Source: Gemmatimonadota bacterium
GTDB lineage: Bacteria > Gemmatimonadota > Gemmatimonadetes > Gemmatimonadales > Gemmatimonadaceae
Reading direction: 5' to 3'
Assembly (NCBI GenBank): GCA_031398865.1
Contig: JANNOC010000372.1
Span: forward strand, 1-32,111
DNA: 32,111 nucleotides
A program made the position numbers and the translations under genes. The stretch's first letter is position 1; each line of letters starts with the position of its first letter. Shown piece after piece: positions 16,327 through 26,563 of the stretch. Below the pieces are notes generated by a model, which saw only the letters and a list, made by a program, of their open reading frames with translations, made no database searches and was not told the origin of the DNA.

Positions 16327-17778
16327 TCAGCCGACGCCGGCGCTCGGCAGGCCGACGGAGCGACTGACGCGTTTCGCGAGCCGCTGCAGACCGTCGTACG
16401 CGGCGTACTTGTAGGCGTCCCCGAGCGTCGGATAATTGAAGACGGCCTGGATGAAGAAGTCGATCGTGCCGTTGTACATCATGCACGCCATGCCGATGTG
16501 AATCAGCTCTGACGCGCCCTCGCCGATCACGGAGACGCCGAGGAGCCGCTGATCCTCCGGGCGGAAAATCAACTTCACAAAACCTTCCAGATCGCCGAGG
16601 ATGAGACCGCGCGGGTTGAGCCGGAAGCTCGCCTTGCCGATCTCGTAGCGAATGTCCTTGCCGCGGACGCTCTCTTCCGTTTCGCCCACCATCGCGCATT
16701 CCGGAATGGTCCACACCGCGTAGGGAAGCACCGGCGACACACGGTCCTTGTACCGGAAGTCAAACGCGTGGCAGATCCCGACGCGCGCCTGCTCCATCGA
16801 CGTGGACGCGAGCGCGGGATAGCCGATCACATCTCCCGCGGCGTAGATGTGGGGAATGGCCGTGCGGAAGTGTTCATTGACATGGATGTAGCCGCGGGCG
16901 TTCGTGGTGATCCCGGCCGCCGCGAGCGAGAGATCCGCGGTGTTGCCCACGCGTCCGACGCAGTACAGGACGCAGTCCGCGCCGAGCTCCGTGTCGTCCG
17001 TCAGCGTCACGTGCGCGAAGCCGTCCTCCACGCGCAGGGCAGCGACCTCCGAGTCGTTATGCACGGCGATGCCGAGGCGGCCCGTCATCTGTGACCGCAG
17101 CGTCTCGCTCACCTCGCCGTCGAGTTGCATCAGCAGCCGTTCCTTCACGTTGATCAGGGTGACGCGAACCCCGAGCGCCGCGAACATGCAGGCGAACTCG
17201 CAGCCGATGACGCCGCCGCCCACCACGACCATCCGGCGCGGGATCTTCTCGAGGCGCAGCACTGAATTGCTGTCCACGATCACCTGGTCGTCGAACGGCA
17301 CGTCACTCGGACGTTGCGGGACACAGCCGGTCGCGATGAGAAAGACTTCGGCACTCAACCGCCGCGGCTCCTGGCCGAAACGCAGAATCTCCACGGTGTG
17401 CGCGTCCACGAAGCGCGCCGAACCCTGCATCACCGTGACATTGTGTTTCCTGAGATTCTCGTCGATGAGCTGCCACTCCGTCTCGACGACGGCGCGCTCG
17501 CGATGCATGAAATCCGCGATGGTGATGTCGCGCTTCACCGTGTAGTCCACGCCGTACAGCCCGCGCTGCCGCAGCCCGGAGAAGTACAGCGCGGTTTCCC
17601 GCAGCGTCTTGGACGGGATGGTGCCGGTATTGACCGCCGCGCCGCCCGGCTTCGGGGCGCGCTCGATGATGCACACCCGCTTGCCAAAATACGCGGCCTG
17701 CGCCGCGCCCTTTTCTCCCGCGGGGCCGGCGCCAATGATCACCAGATCGAAATGGTCGGGCAGATGCTTCTGAATCAT
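16327..17778 (-). CDS. sthA: Soluble pyridine nucleotide transhydrogenase (Si-specific NAD(P)+ transhydrogenase)
   Basis: FAD site VIIGAGPAGEKGA. GGAAVNTGTIPSK lacks the CxxxxC disulfide of lipoamide dehydrogenases, as in SthA. A second Rossmann motif is VVVGGGVIGCEFA. ATG 17778 overlaps the upstream stop (ATGA). Confidence 0.8.
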   Translation of the reverse strand: MIQKHLPDHFDLVIIGAGPAGEKGAAQAAYFGKRVCIIERAPKPGGAAVNTGTIPSKTLRETALYFSGLRQRGLYGVDYTVKRDITIADFMHRERAVVETEWQLIDENLRKHNVTVMQGSARFVDAHTVEILRFGQEPRRLSAEVFLIATGCVPQRPSDVPFDDQVIVDSNSVLRLEKIPRRMVVVGGGVIGCEFACMFAALGVRVTLINVKERLLMQLDGEVSETLRSQMTGRLGIAVHNDSEVAALRVEDGFAHVTLTDDTELGADCVLYCVGRVGNTADLSLAAAGITTNARGYIHVNEHFRTAIPHIYAAGDVIGYPALASTSMEQARVGICHAFDFRYKDRVSPVLPYAVWTIPECAMVGETEESVRGKDIRYEIGKASFRLNPRGLILGDLEGFVKLIFRPEDQRLLGVSVIGEGASELIHIGMACMMYNGTIDFFIQAVFNYPTLGDAYKYAAYDGLQRLAKRVSRSVGLPSAGVG

Positions 17779-18763
17779 GCGGGCGGACTGGTCGAAGTGC
17801 TGTCGGAGGTGCCATCGGGCATCGTCAGCGCGTCCTCGCGATAGACGATCCACCCCGTGACGTCATCCGCCACGAGCTCGACCTCCGTGCCGATTGGGAT
17901 GGTGAGGTTCGGCACCTCGTGCCCCGCCGGAAAATCCATGAGGATCGGCACGCCGAGGTCGGAGACGAGGTCCACGATAAAGTCCTCGAATTCGTCCTCT
18001 TCGGACCGATCCAGCGAGAGCTGGCCGAAGATCACTCCGCGAACATGACGAAGCAGACCTGCCGCGCGTAAATGCACCAGACGCTCGTCCGCGAAGGACA
18101 TGGGATCCCGCGTCTCCTCGAGAAAGAGAATCGCGTCCTTCGTATCGATCTCGTACGGCGTGCCGATGGTCTGCTGCACGAGCGACAGATTGCCCCCGGT
18201 GAGCCGCCCGATGGCGCGCCCCGGGCGCACGACCCGCGCGATGTCGCGTCCGATCCTGGTGGTGGGTCGCGGCACGGTCAGCGCCGTGAGCAGCGACGAC
18301 ATCGTCGGGTCGCGTGTGCTCGGGATGAGGTCGTCCACAGTCGGCCCGTGGAAGACGCGCAACCCCGAGCGCCGCATGAGCCACAGGTGCAGCGCCGTGA
18401 CGTCGGAATAGCCGACGAACGCCTTGGGATTGCGGCGAAACACTTCGGGCTCGAGGTGGGGAAGCATGCGCATCGCACCATAGCCGCCGGTCCCGCTGAT
18501 CACGGCCTTCACGCGCGGATCGAGCCACATTCCCATGAAGTTCTCCGCGCGGCGCTCGTCTTCGTGGCGCTGAAAGCGGCGCAACTGCGCGATCTCGGAA
18601 TCCAGGATGACGCCGTAGCCGGCGCGTTCCAGTGCCCGGACGCCACGCGCGAGCCAACCCGGCCGCGGTGCATACGATGGTGCCACGACGCCGATGGTGT
18701 CCCCCTTCGTCAGCGCCGCCGGCCGCAGCAGGGGAGGAGGCGTGTGCGCGCTGTCCTCGGCGG

Positions 18764-18767
<4 letters not shown>
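17775..18767 (-). CDS. LD-carboxypeptidase (peptidase S66, LdcA/MccF-like)
   Basis: TIGVVAPS; nucleophile motif FVGYSDVTALH; C-terminal FPAGHEVPNLTIPIG. GTG start 18767 overlaps the kinase stop (GTGA). Confidence 0.8.
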
Positions 18768-20731
<1,964 letters not shown>

Positions 20732-20820
20732 CGTGCACACTACGGTACATCCGCCGCGGTGGTGACGCCATTGCCGCCGCGTGCGTTGGCTCCCCGCAGT
20801 CCCCGCGCTAGCTTTCCTGC

Positions 20821-22044
20821 ATGACATCCCCGCGTCCCGGGTCTCCCGCCACCTACTTTCGGAAGGGCTTCGGCCTCAAATCCGAAGTGCAGGAGACGCT
20901 CGACTCGGATTACACCGGCCAGCTCGTGGACCGGTTGCGCGAACGTGAGTACACGCTCAGTGCCGGCGGCGTCACGCTGCGGCTCGCCCGCGAGTTCGGC
21001 TTCTGCTACGGTGTGGAGCGTGCCGTGGAATACGCGTACCAGACGCGGCGCAAGTTTCCCGAGCGGCGCGTTTGCCTCGTTGGCGAGATCATTCACAACC
21101 CGCACGTGAACGCCAAGCTGCGCGCGATGGGCATCGAGATTCTGGAGCCTGTAGCCGGACGCTTCGATTTCAGCGCCATTGGCGCGGACGACGTGGTCAT
21201 CCTGCCGGCCTTTGGCGTCACGATCGCGGACTTCGAGATGCTCCGGAGCACCGGGTGCGTCATGGTGGACACGACCTGCGGCTCGGTGCTCAACGTGTGG
21301 AAGCGCGTCGAGTCGTACGCGCGTGACGGCCTCACGTCGCTGATTCACGGGAAGTACTACCACGAGGAGACGCGCGCGACCGCGTCGCAGGTGGAGAAGT
21401 ATCCGGGCGGGCGGTACCTGGTCGTGCGCAACATGGACGACGCACGCGCTGTCGGCGAGTACATCGAGGGGCGCGGCGACCGGGACGCGTTCCTCGCACG
21501 CTTCGCGCACGCCGCCTCGCCCACCTTCGACCCCGACCGCGACCTCGCGCGCATCGGCGTCGCCAATCAGACGACGATGCTCGCGCGCGAATCGCTCGCC
21601 ATCGGCGAGGAAGTCGGCCTCGCCATGGCGCGCGCGCATGGAGAGGCATACCGCGCCATCGCGTTCCGTACCTTCGACACGATCTGTAGCGCGACACAGG
21701 ACCGCCAGGACGCCGTCGCGGAGCTGCTGCGCGAGCCACTCGACGTCATGCTCGTTGTGGGAGGCTACAACTCCAGCAATACGATCTCGCTCGCGGCGAT
21801 CTGCGCGGAGCACGTGCCGACGTATCACCTCGAGGACGCCGACAGCATCGACGTCGGCAGAGGCACGGTGCGCTACCGCCGCATCGGCGCGCACACGGAG
21901 GAGGCCGAACAAGCCGATTGGCTACCGCCGGGCGAGGTCCGCGTCGGGCTCACCGCCGGGGCGAGCACGCCCAACAACAAGATCGGTGAAGCCGTTGCTC
22001 GAGTTTTCGCGACGCGCGGCATCGATCCGATCGCCGCCGAGTGA
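20821..22044 (+). CDS. ispH: 4-hydroxy-3-methylbut-2-enyl diphosphate reductase, long form
   Basis: GFCYGVERAV, IIHNPHV, CGSV and the VVGGYNSSNT-type C-terminal region. It has the roughly 400-aa architecture with an N-terminal extension. Confidence 0.9.
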   Translation: MTSPRPGSPATYFRKGFGLKSEVQETLDSDYTGQLVDRLREREYTLSAGGVTLRLAREFGFCYGVERAVEYAYQTRRKFPERRVCLVGEIIHNPHVNAKLRAMGIEILEPVAGRFDFSAIGADDVVILPAFGVTIADFEMLRSTGCVMVDTTCGSVLNVWKRVESYARDGLTSLIHGKYYHEETRATASQVEKYPGGRYLVVRNMDDARAVGEYIEGRGDRDAFLARFAHAASPTFDPDRDLARIGVANQTTMLARESLAIGEEVGLAMARAHGEAYRAIAFRTFDTICSATQDRQDAVAELLREPLDVMLVVGGYNSSNTISLAAICAEHVPTYHLEDADSIDVGRGTVRYRRIGAHTEEAEQADWLPPGEVRVGLTAGASTPNNKIGEAVARVFATRGIDPIAAE

Positions 22045-22096
22045 CGGGCCACGCGGCGCGAACGACTTCGAGGGGCGCGCCGGTGAGCGGATCGGC

Positions 22097-23080
22097 GTGA
22101 GCGCGCCCACCACCGCAGCGCGCCCGGCCTACGGCACAGTCGAGCTGCATGGCGGCGACGCGCGCGTCGTCATGATGCCCGCGCTCGGCGGCCGGATCAC
22201 GGAACTCGACGCGGGCGGACGGCAGTGGCTGCTCGCGCCCCCGGTCGCGCACGGCGGGCCGCTCCCCAGCGACGGGGGGGCGTACGAGGACCGATTCGTG
22301 GGCGGGTACGACGAGTGCTTTCCGACGCGCGCGGCGTGCACGCTTCCGCACAGCGGCGCACCGCATGTCGGATTGGCCCTCCCCGACCACGGCGAGCTCT
22401 GGTCGCGCCCATGCGACATCGAGATTACGACGGACGCGGACGGCCAGCGCGCGGTCTGCCGGTGGGTCGGCCGACGATTGCCGTACCGGTTCGAGCGCAG
22501 CGTCGTCTTGCAGCCCGACGGCGAAATCGTGATGCGATACGCCGTCTCTAATGGCGGGGCCGTGCGATTGCCGTTTGTATGGAGCGCCGACGTCGTGGTG
22601 CCGCTCGGCGCCACCACCAGAATCGTGCTCCCCGACGGCGTGGTGACGCGAGTGGTGCGCGCGACGGGCGCCGAGCTTGGCGGAGCGGGATCGGAACATC
22701 GCTGGCCTCGCTTCGCGCTGCCGAAGCGAATTGTGGATCTCTCCCGCCCAGCGTCCGTGGGCAAACGCTTTTCCGCGCGTGTGACGATGGATCTCCCGTC
22801 CGGCGGGATGAGCCTGCACGACGGAGGTGCACGGCTGGACCTCGCCATCGAGAGCGCGTTTCCGGCAATGCTCGCCGTCGAGATCGTTCGCGCGCCGGGG
22901 TCGTTCCTCGGCCGCGCGGCAATGTCGCGATTGATCCTGTCCCCAGGCTTTGGCGCTCCCGACTCACTCGCCGAGGCGCTCGGCGCATGGCACGGTGCGC
23001 AATGGCTGGAGGCCGGCGCGACTCGGGCATGGACGCTCCGGTGGCGCGGCACTCGCGAGGGTGCGGCGAGCGGGACGTAG
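22097..23080 (+). CDS. Galactose-mutarotase-fold (aldose 1-epimerase-like) protein
   Basis: GGYDECFPT and LPDHGELW resemble the GGIP.CFP and HGF...W motifs of glucose-6-phosphate 1-epimerase-like proteins. The predicted protein looks beta-rich. The GTG start at 22097 is inferred, because the first ATG (22172) would cut the first strand. Confidence 0.5.
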   Translation: MSAPTTAARPAYGTVELHGGDARVVMMPALGGRITELDAGGRQWLLAPPVAHGGPLPSDGGAYEDRFVGGYDECFPTRAACTLPHSGAPHVGLALPDHGELWSRPCDIEITTDADGQRAVCRWVGRRLPYRFERSVVLQPDGEIVMRYAVSNGGAVRLPFVWSADVVVPLGATTRIVLPDGVVTRVVRATGAELGGAGSEHRWPRFALPKRIVDLSRPASVGKRFSARVTMDLPSGGMSLHDGGARLDLAIESAFPAMLAVEIVRAPGSFLGRAAMSRLILSPGFGAPDSLAEALGAWHGAQWLEAGATRAWTLRWRGTREGAASGT

Positions 23081-23084
23081 TCGG

Positions 23085-24152
23085 TCAGCTCACCCGCGCG
23101 TCGGCGGGTGGCGGGCGCCGCGCACCGACGTTCCACCATCGACGCAGCCCCAGCATGGCGAACGGGAGGACGATGGGGAACGCAAGAAAGAGAATGCGTC
23201 CCAGGTTCAGCCCGAAATACAGAATGGTCAGCGCAAGCATGGGAACAAAAAGCGCCCACCGCCGCAGTGCTGGCGTCCCGTCGCCGCGCGCGTACGCGTG
23301 TACCGCGGGGACCCACAGAAGGCCGAACGATGAGAAGAGATCGATGAGACGGTTTGGACGCGTGAACACCGAGGCGACGAAGCGCAGCGCGCGCTCCAGG
23401 CCGTGTGCGCCCGAAGCGGCCGCGGGAAGATAGTCGCCCGGAGCGGGAAACCAGACGAAACGCGCTCCGAGATACAGCAGGATGCCTGGTGCCGCCGCCA
23501 ACAGGAAAATGGCCCGGGTGCGCCATGATTCCACCGCGAGCAGGGCAAGCGGCAGCACGAGAACGATGGATTCTTTTGCGAGCATTCCCACGGCGACGGC
23601 AACGCCGAAGAGCCACACGTTCGCGACGCGAAGTGCGAGCACCGCCAGGACAAAGAAAAACCAGCTCGCGGGATCCACCGACGGAACGCCGCCCGCCTGC
23701 AGCACGGGCATCGAGGTGAAGAAGAGCAACGTCCCGAGCAGCGATTCCACCGGCGTGAACGCCAAGGTCGCCAGCAGGAGATACAGGACGCCGGCGGTCA
23801 GTGTCAGGAAGAGCACGTTGACGAACCGGAGTTTTACCGAGGCGATCCACGCATCCGTTGGCGCAGGGCGCGACGAGATGGCGCGCAGCGGTGCATCGGG
23901 AATGAGACGCGCCATTGCCGGCACGAGTACGCGATAGTGCCAATGGCCGCCCGGACTCGCGCCCTGCACCATCCCGACGTATCGCTGCGGATCGCGATAC
24001 GCGCTGGTGCGTTGCTGCACCGTCTCCGGCTCGAAGAGCTGTGCATGGGACAACGCGATCGCGTAGCTCGCCATGGTCCAGACGACGATCAGAGCAGCGA
24101 GACGCGGGAGAGGAATGCGCGGGAGCGACTGTGCCGGCGCACGGCCGGTCAC
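23085..24152 (-). CDS. Polytopic membrane protein (about 10 helices), family not recognised; possibly GT-C-like or polymerase-like
   Basis: Hydrophobic helices run throughout the protein. GTG 24152 overlaps the kinase stop (GTGA). An alternative ATG at 24074 would cut the first helix. The track ORF from 24731 is an overlap artefact. Confidence 0.6.
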   Translation of the reverse strand: MTGRAPAQSLPRIPLPRLAALIVVWTMASYAIALSHAQLFEPETVQQRTSAYRDPQRYVGMVQGASPGGHWHYRVLVPAMARLIPDAPLRAISSRPAPTDAWIASVKLRFVNVLFLTLTAGVLYLLLATLAFTPVESLLGTLLFFTSMPVLQAGGVPSVDPASWFFFVLAVLALRVANVWLFGVAVAVGMLAKESIVLVLPLALLAVESWRTRAIFLLAAAPGILLYLGARFVWFPAPGDYLPAAASGAHGLERALRFVASVFTRPNRLIDLFSSFGLLWVPAVHAYARGDGTPALRRWALFVPMLALTILYFGLNLGRILFLAFPIVLPFAMLGLRRWWNVGARRPPPADARVS

Positions 24153-26389
24153 AGCCGCATCTTCTGCACGAGCGCCTCGAAGCGCGGATCTCCGCGCACC
24201 GGGTCGAACATCGGATTGACCTTGAGATAGGCCAACCAGCCGCGGCGCTCTTCGAACGCGCGCTCGGCCCAGTGCAACGCATCGTCCAGCCGGCCGAGCC
24301 CAAAATGAATGGTGCTCAACGCGACCGGTGAGATGTAATCGGACCGTGCTGCCGTTTCGAGCTCGTGGAGCAGCGCTTCCGCCGCGTCGCGCTGCCCGGC
24401 GCGGGCCAATGCGTAGCCAAGGGTGGCGGTGGTATATGAGCTCGCGCCGTGCATCCCCACCGCCTCGCGCAGGACGCGCTCGGCTTCGTCGAGATCGCCA
24501 GCCTGCGTGAGCGCGAGACCGAGGACGCGGTAGTTCTCCTCCGCTGTGGGATTCATCGCGATCGCCCGCATCAGATGGTACCGCGTCTGCTCGTACCGCC
24601 GGGCATAGTAGTACTGCCAGCCCAGACTGCGGCGCACGGAGACCGACGCCGGATCGAGCTCCTGCGCGGTGTGCGCCTCGACCAGCGATTCCTCCATTCG
24701 TCCCTGCGATGCGAGCAGAAACGCGTACCATTGGTGCGCGGTCGCATAGCGAGGGTCGAGCTCGATCGCGCGGCGGAACTCACGCCAGGCGCCATCCCAG
24801 TCCCAGCCGTGGATGAAGAGACTCCACGCCAGCGACGCGTGTGCTTCGGCCAGCGTCTCGTCCAGTTGCAGCGCCTTGCGGGCGTAATATTCGGCGCGGC
24901 GGAACCCCTCGGCGACCGGGACGCTGCGATAGTCGATCTGCAGAGCATAGGCGTCCGCGAGCCCGGTATACGCGGGCGGGTAACCCGGGTCTTCCTCGAT
25001 GGCCTGCTCGAAGTACTGGATCGCTTCGCTGACGCCCTCCTGCGTGCGCTTGTTCCAGGCGTAGCGTCCTTTGAGATACAGGCCGTAGGCCTTGACGTTC
25101 TCGGTGTATCGCTTCGGGACCGGGAGCGCGTTCAGGTCGGCGAACGACGTCGTCAGCAGCGTGTTCACGATCGTGCGCGCGATCTCATCCTGAATGGCGA
25201 ACACGTCGTCGAGCTTCCGGTCGTAGCGTTGTGACCAGAGCAGGCCCCCGTCGCCGGTGGACGTGAGCTGCGCTGTGATGCGCAGGCGATCGCCGGACTT
25301 TCGCACCGTCCCTTCGAGAACGACGGACGCGCCAAGCAGCGCGCCGATGGCACGGACGTCCTGCGATTTCCCCTTGAGCGCGAACACCGACGTGCGTGAG
25401 GCGATGCGCAATCCGTCCACCTTGGTGAGGGCATCGATCAGCTCGTCGGTAATGCCGTCACTCAGGTATTCATTGTCCGCGTCGGAGCTCGCGTTGATGA
25501 AGGGGAGTACCGCGATCGTGCGGGTCGCGGGGAGGTAGGCTCGTCCGTTTTCTCGCTCGACGGAGCGCAGTGCGGCGATGAAGTCGGGCACCGTCGCGAA
25601 CCGCTGGGCCGGATCCTTAGCGAGTGCCTTGGTCAGCGCCCGTTCCACGCTGGGCGGCACGTCGGGCCGATGCGCGCGCACGAGCTGGGGTGTTTCGGTG
25701 ACGTGCTTCGCCATCGTCGCGCGCGCACTGCCGCCGTCGAAGGGAGGCTGTCCGGCGAGCATCTCGTACACCACGCACGCGAGGCTGTAGATATCGCTTG
25801 GCGTGCCGAGATTCGCCTCGCCGCTCGCCTGCTCGGGACTCATGTATTCCGGCGTGCCGATCGCGATGCCTGTCTCGGTCACCGGAGGGCTGTTCTCACC
25901 ACAGCACGCGCGCGCAACGCCGAAATCCGCGAGCACGGCGTGCCCATCAGCGAAGAGCACGTTCTCGGGCTTCACGTCACGGTGCACGAAGCCGTTGCGG
26001 TGCGCGTAGTCCAACCCGGCGCCGACCTCATGGGCAATGCGCAGGGCGTCCGCGAGTCCGAGCTGTGCTTCACTGTCCAGCCGGTCGCGCAGGGAGCCGC
26101 CGGGCACGAACGGCGAGACGTAATACAGCAGGCCGCCACTCTCGCCCGAATCGATCAAGGGGACGATGTGCGGATGGGACAGTCGCGCCGCAATGCCGAT
26201 CTCGCGCAGAAAGCGCTCCGCTCCCAGCGATGCCGCCAGCTCCGGTCTGAGCACCTTGATGGCGACCTTGCGGCCGTGCTTGTGCTCGTCGGCGAGGTAC
26301 ACCGTCGCAAAGCCACCGCGCCCAAGCTCCCGCTCGATCGTGTATCGATCCGCGAGCAGCGCGGTGAGCGGAGTCGAGACCGTTTCCAT
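24149..26389 (-). CDS. Ser/Thr protein kinase with a TolB-N-like domain and TPR repeats
   Basis: GRGGFATVY, AIK, HRDVKPENVL, DFGVA and GTPEYMSPE. Next comes IAVLPFINASSDADNEYLSDGITDELIDAL...VLEGTVRKSGDRLRITAQL. TPR-like repeats follow, rich in Ala, Tyr, Leu and Asp. ATG is at 26389; the 356 codons upstream in the track ORF are an extension. Confidence 0.85.
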   Translation of the reverse strand: METVSTPLTALLADRYTIERELGRGGFATVYLADEHKHGRKVAIKVLRPELAASLGAERFLREIGIAARLSHPHIVPLIDSGESGGLLYYVSPFVPGGSLRDRLDSEAQLGLADALRIAHEVGAGLDYAHRNGFVHRDVKPENVLFADGHAVLADFGVARACCGENSPPVTETGIAIGTPEYMSPEQASGEANLGTPSDIYSLACVVYEMLAGQPPFDGGSARATMAKHVTETPQLVRAHRPDVPPSVERALTKALAKDPAQRFATVPDFIAALRSVERENGRAYLPATRTIAVLPFINASSDADNEYLSDGITDELIDALTKVDGLRIASRTSVFALKGKSQDVRAIGALLGASVVLEGTVRKSGDRLRITAQLTSTGDGGLLWSQRYDRKLDDVFAIQDEIARTIVNTLLTTSFADLNALPVPKRYTENVKAYGLYLKGRYAWNKRTQEGVSEAIQYFEQAIEEDPGYPPAYTGLADAYALQIDYRSVPVAEGFRRAEYYARKALQLDETLAEAHASLAWSLFIHGWDWDGAWREFRRAIELDPRYATAHQWYAFLLASQGRMEESLVEAHTAQELDPASVSVRRSLGWQYYYARRYEQTRYHLMRAIAMNPTAEENYRVLGLALTQAGDLDEAERVLREAVGMHGASSYTTATLGYALARAGQRDAAEALLHELETAARSDYISPVALSTIHFGLGRLDDALHWAERAFEERRGWLAYLKVNPMFDPVRGDPRFEALVQKMRL

Positions 26390-26401
26390 GCCGCGAATAT
26401 G

Positions 26402-26415
26402 GCGCGACGTCGCGC
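26402..26415. promoter_or_regulatory. Perfect 14-bp palindrome GCGCGACGTCGCGC
   Basis: It is its own reverse complement and lies 13 nt upstream of kinase ATG 26389. Confidence 0.5.
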
Positions 26416-26488
26416 GGAGCGTGAGGCGATGATCGGTGTCCCGCGGCACCACGCGGCATAGCTCCGCGCGCCGCAAGCGGATGCGCGT

Positions 26489-26502
26489 GTGACGCGCGTC
26501 AC
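26489..26502. promoter_or_regulatory. Perfect 14-bp palindrome GTGACGCGCGTCAC
   Basis: It is its own reverse complement and lies 62 nt upstream of ATG 26564, in the same 174-bp divergent intergenic region. Confidence 0.5.
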
Positions 26503-26563
26503 CACATCGTTTCCACCGGCTCCCGGCGGGTGACTCCGCCCGCGCGCGAGTCGTCGTTTGTGG

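Noticed and set aside
26396-26401. A -10-like CATATT 6 nt before the TPR kinase ATG, suggesting a leaderless mRNA.
   Set aside because: There is no -35 element at 17-18 nt, and a single hexamer match is not enough evidence.
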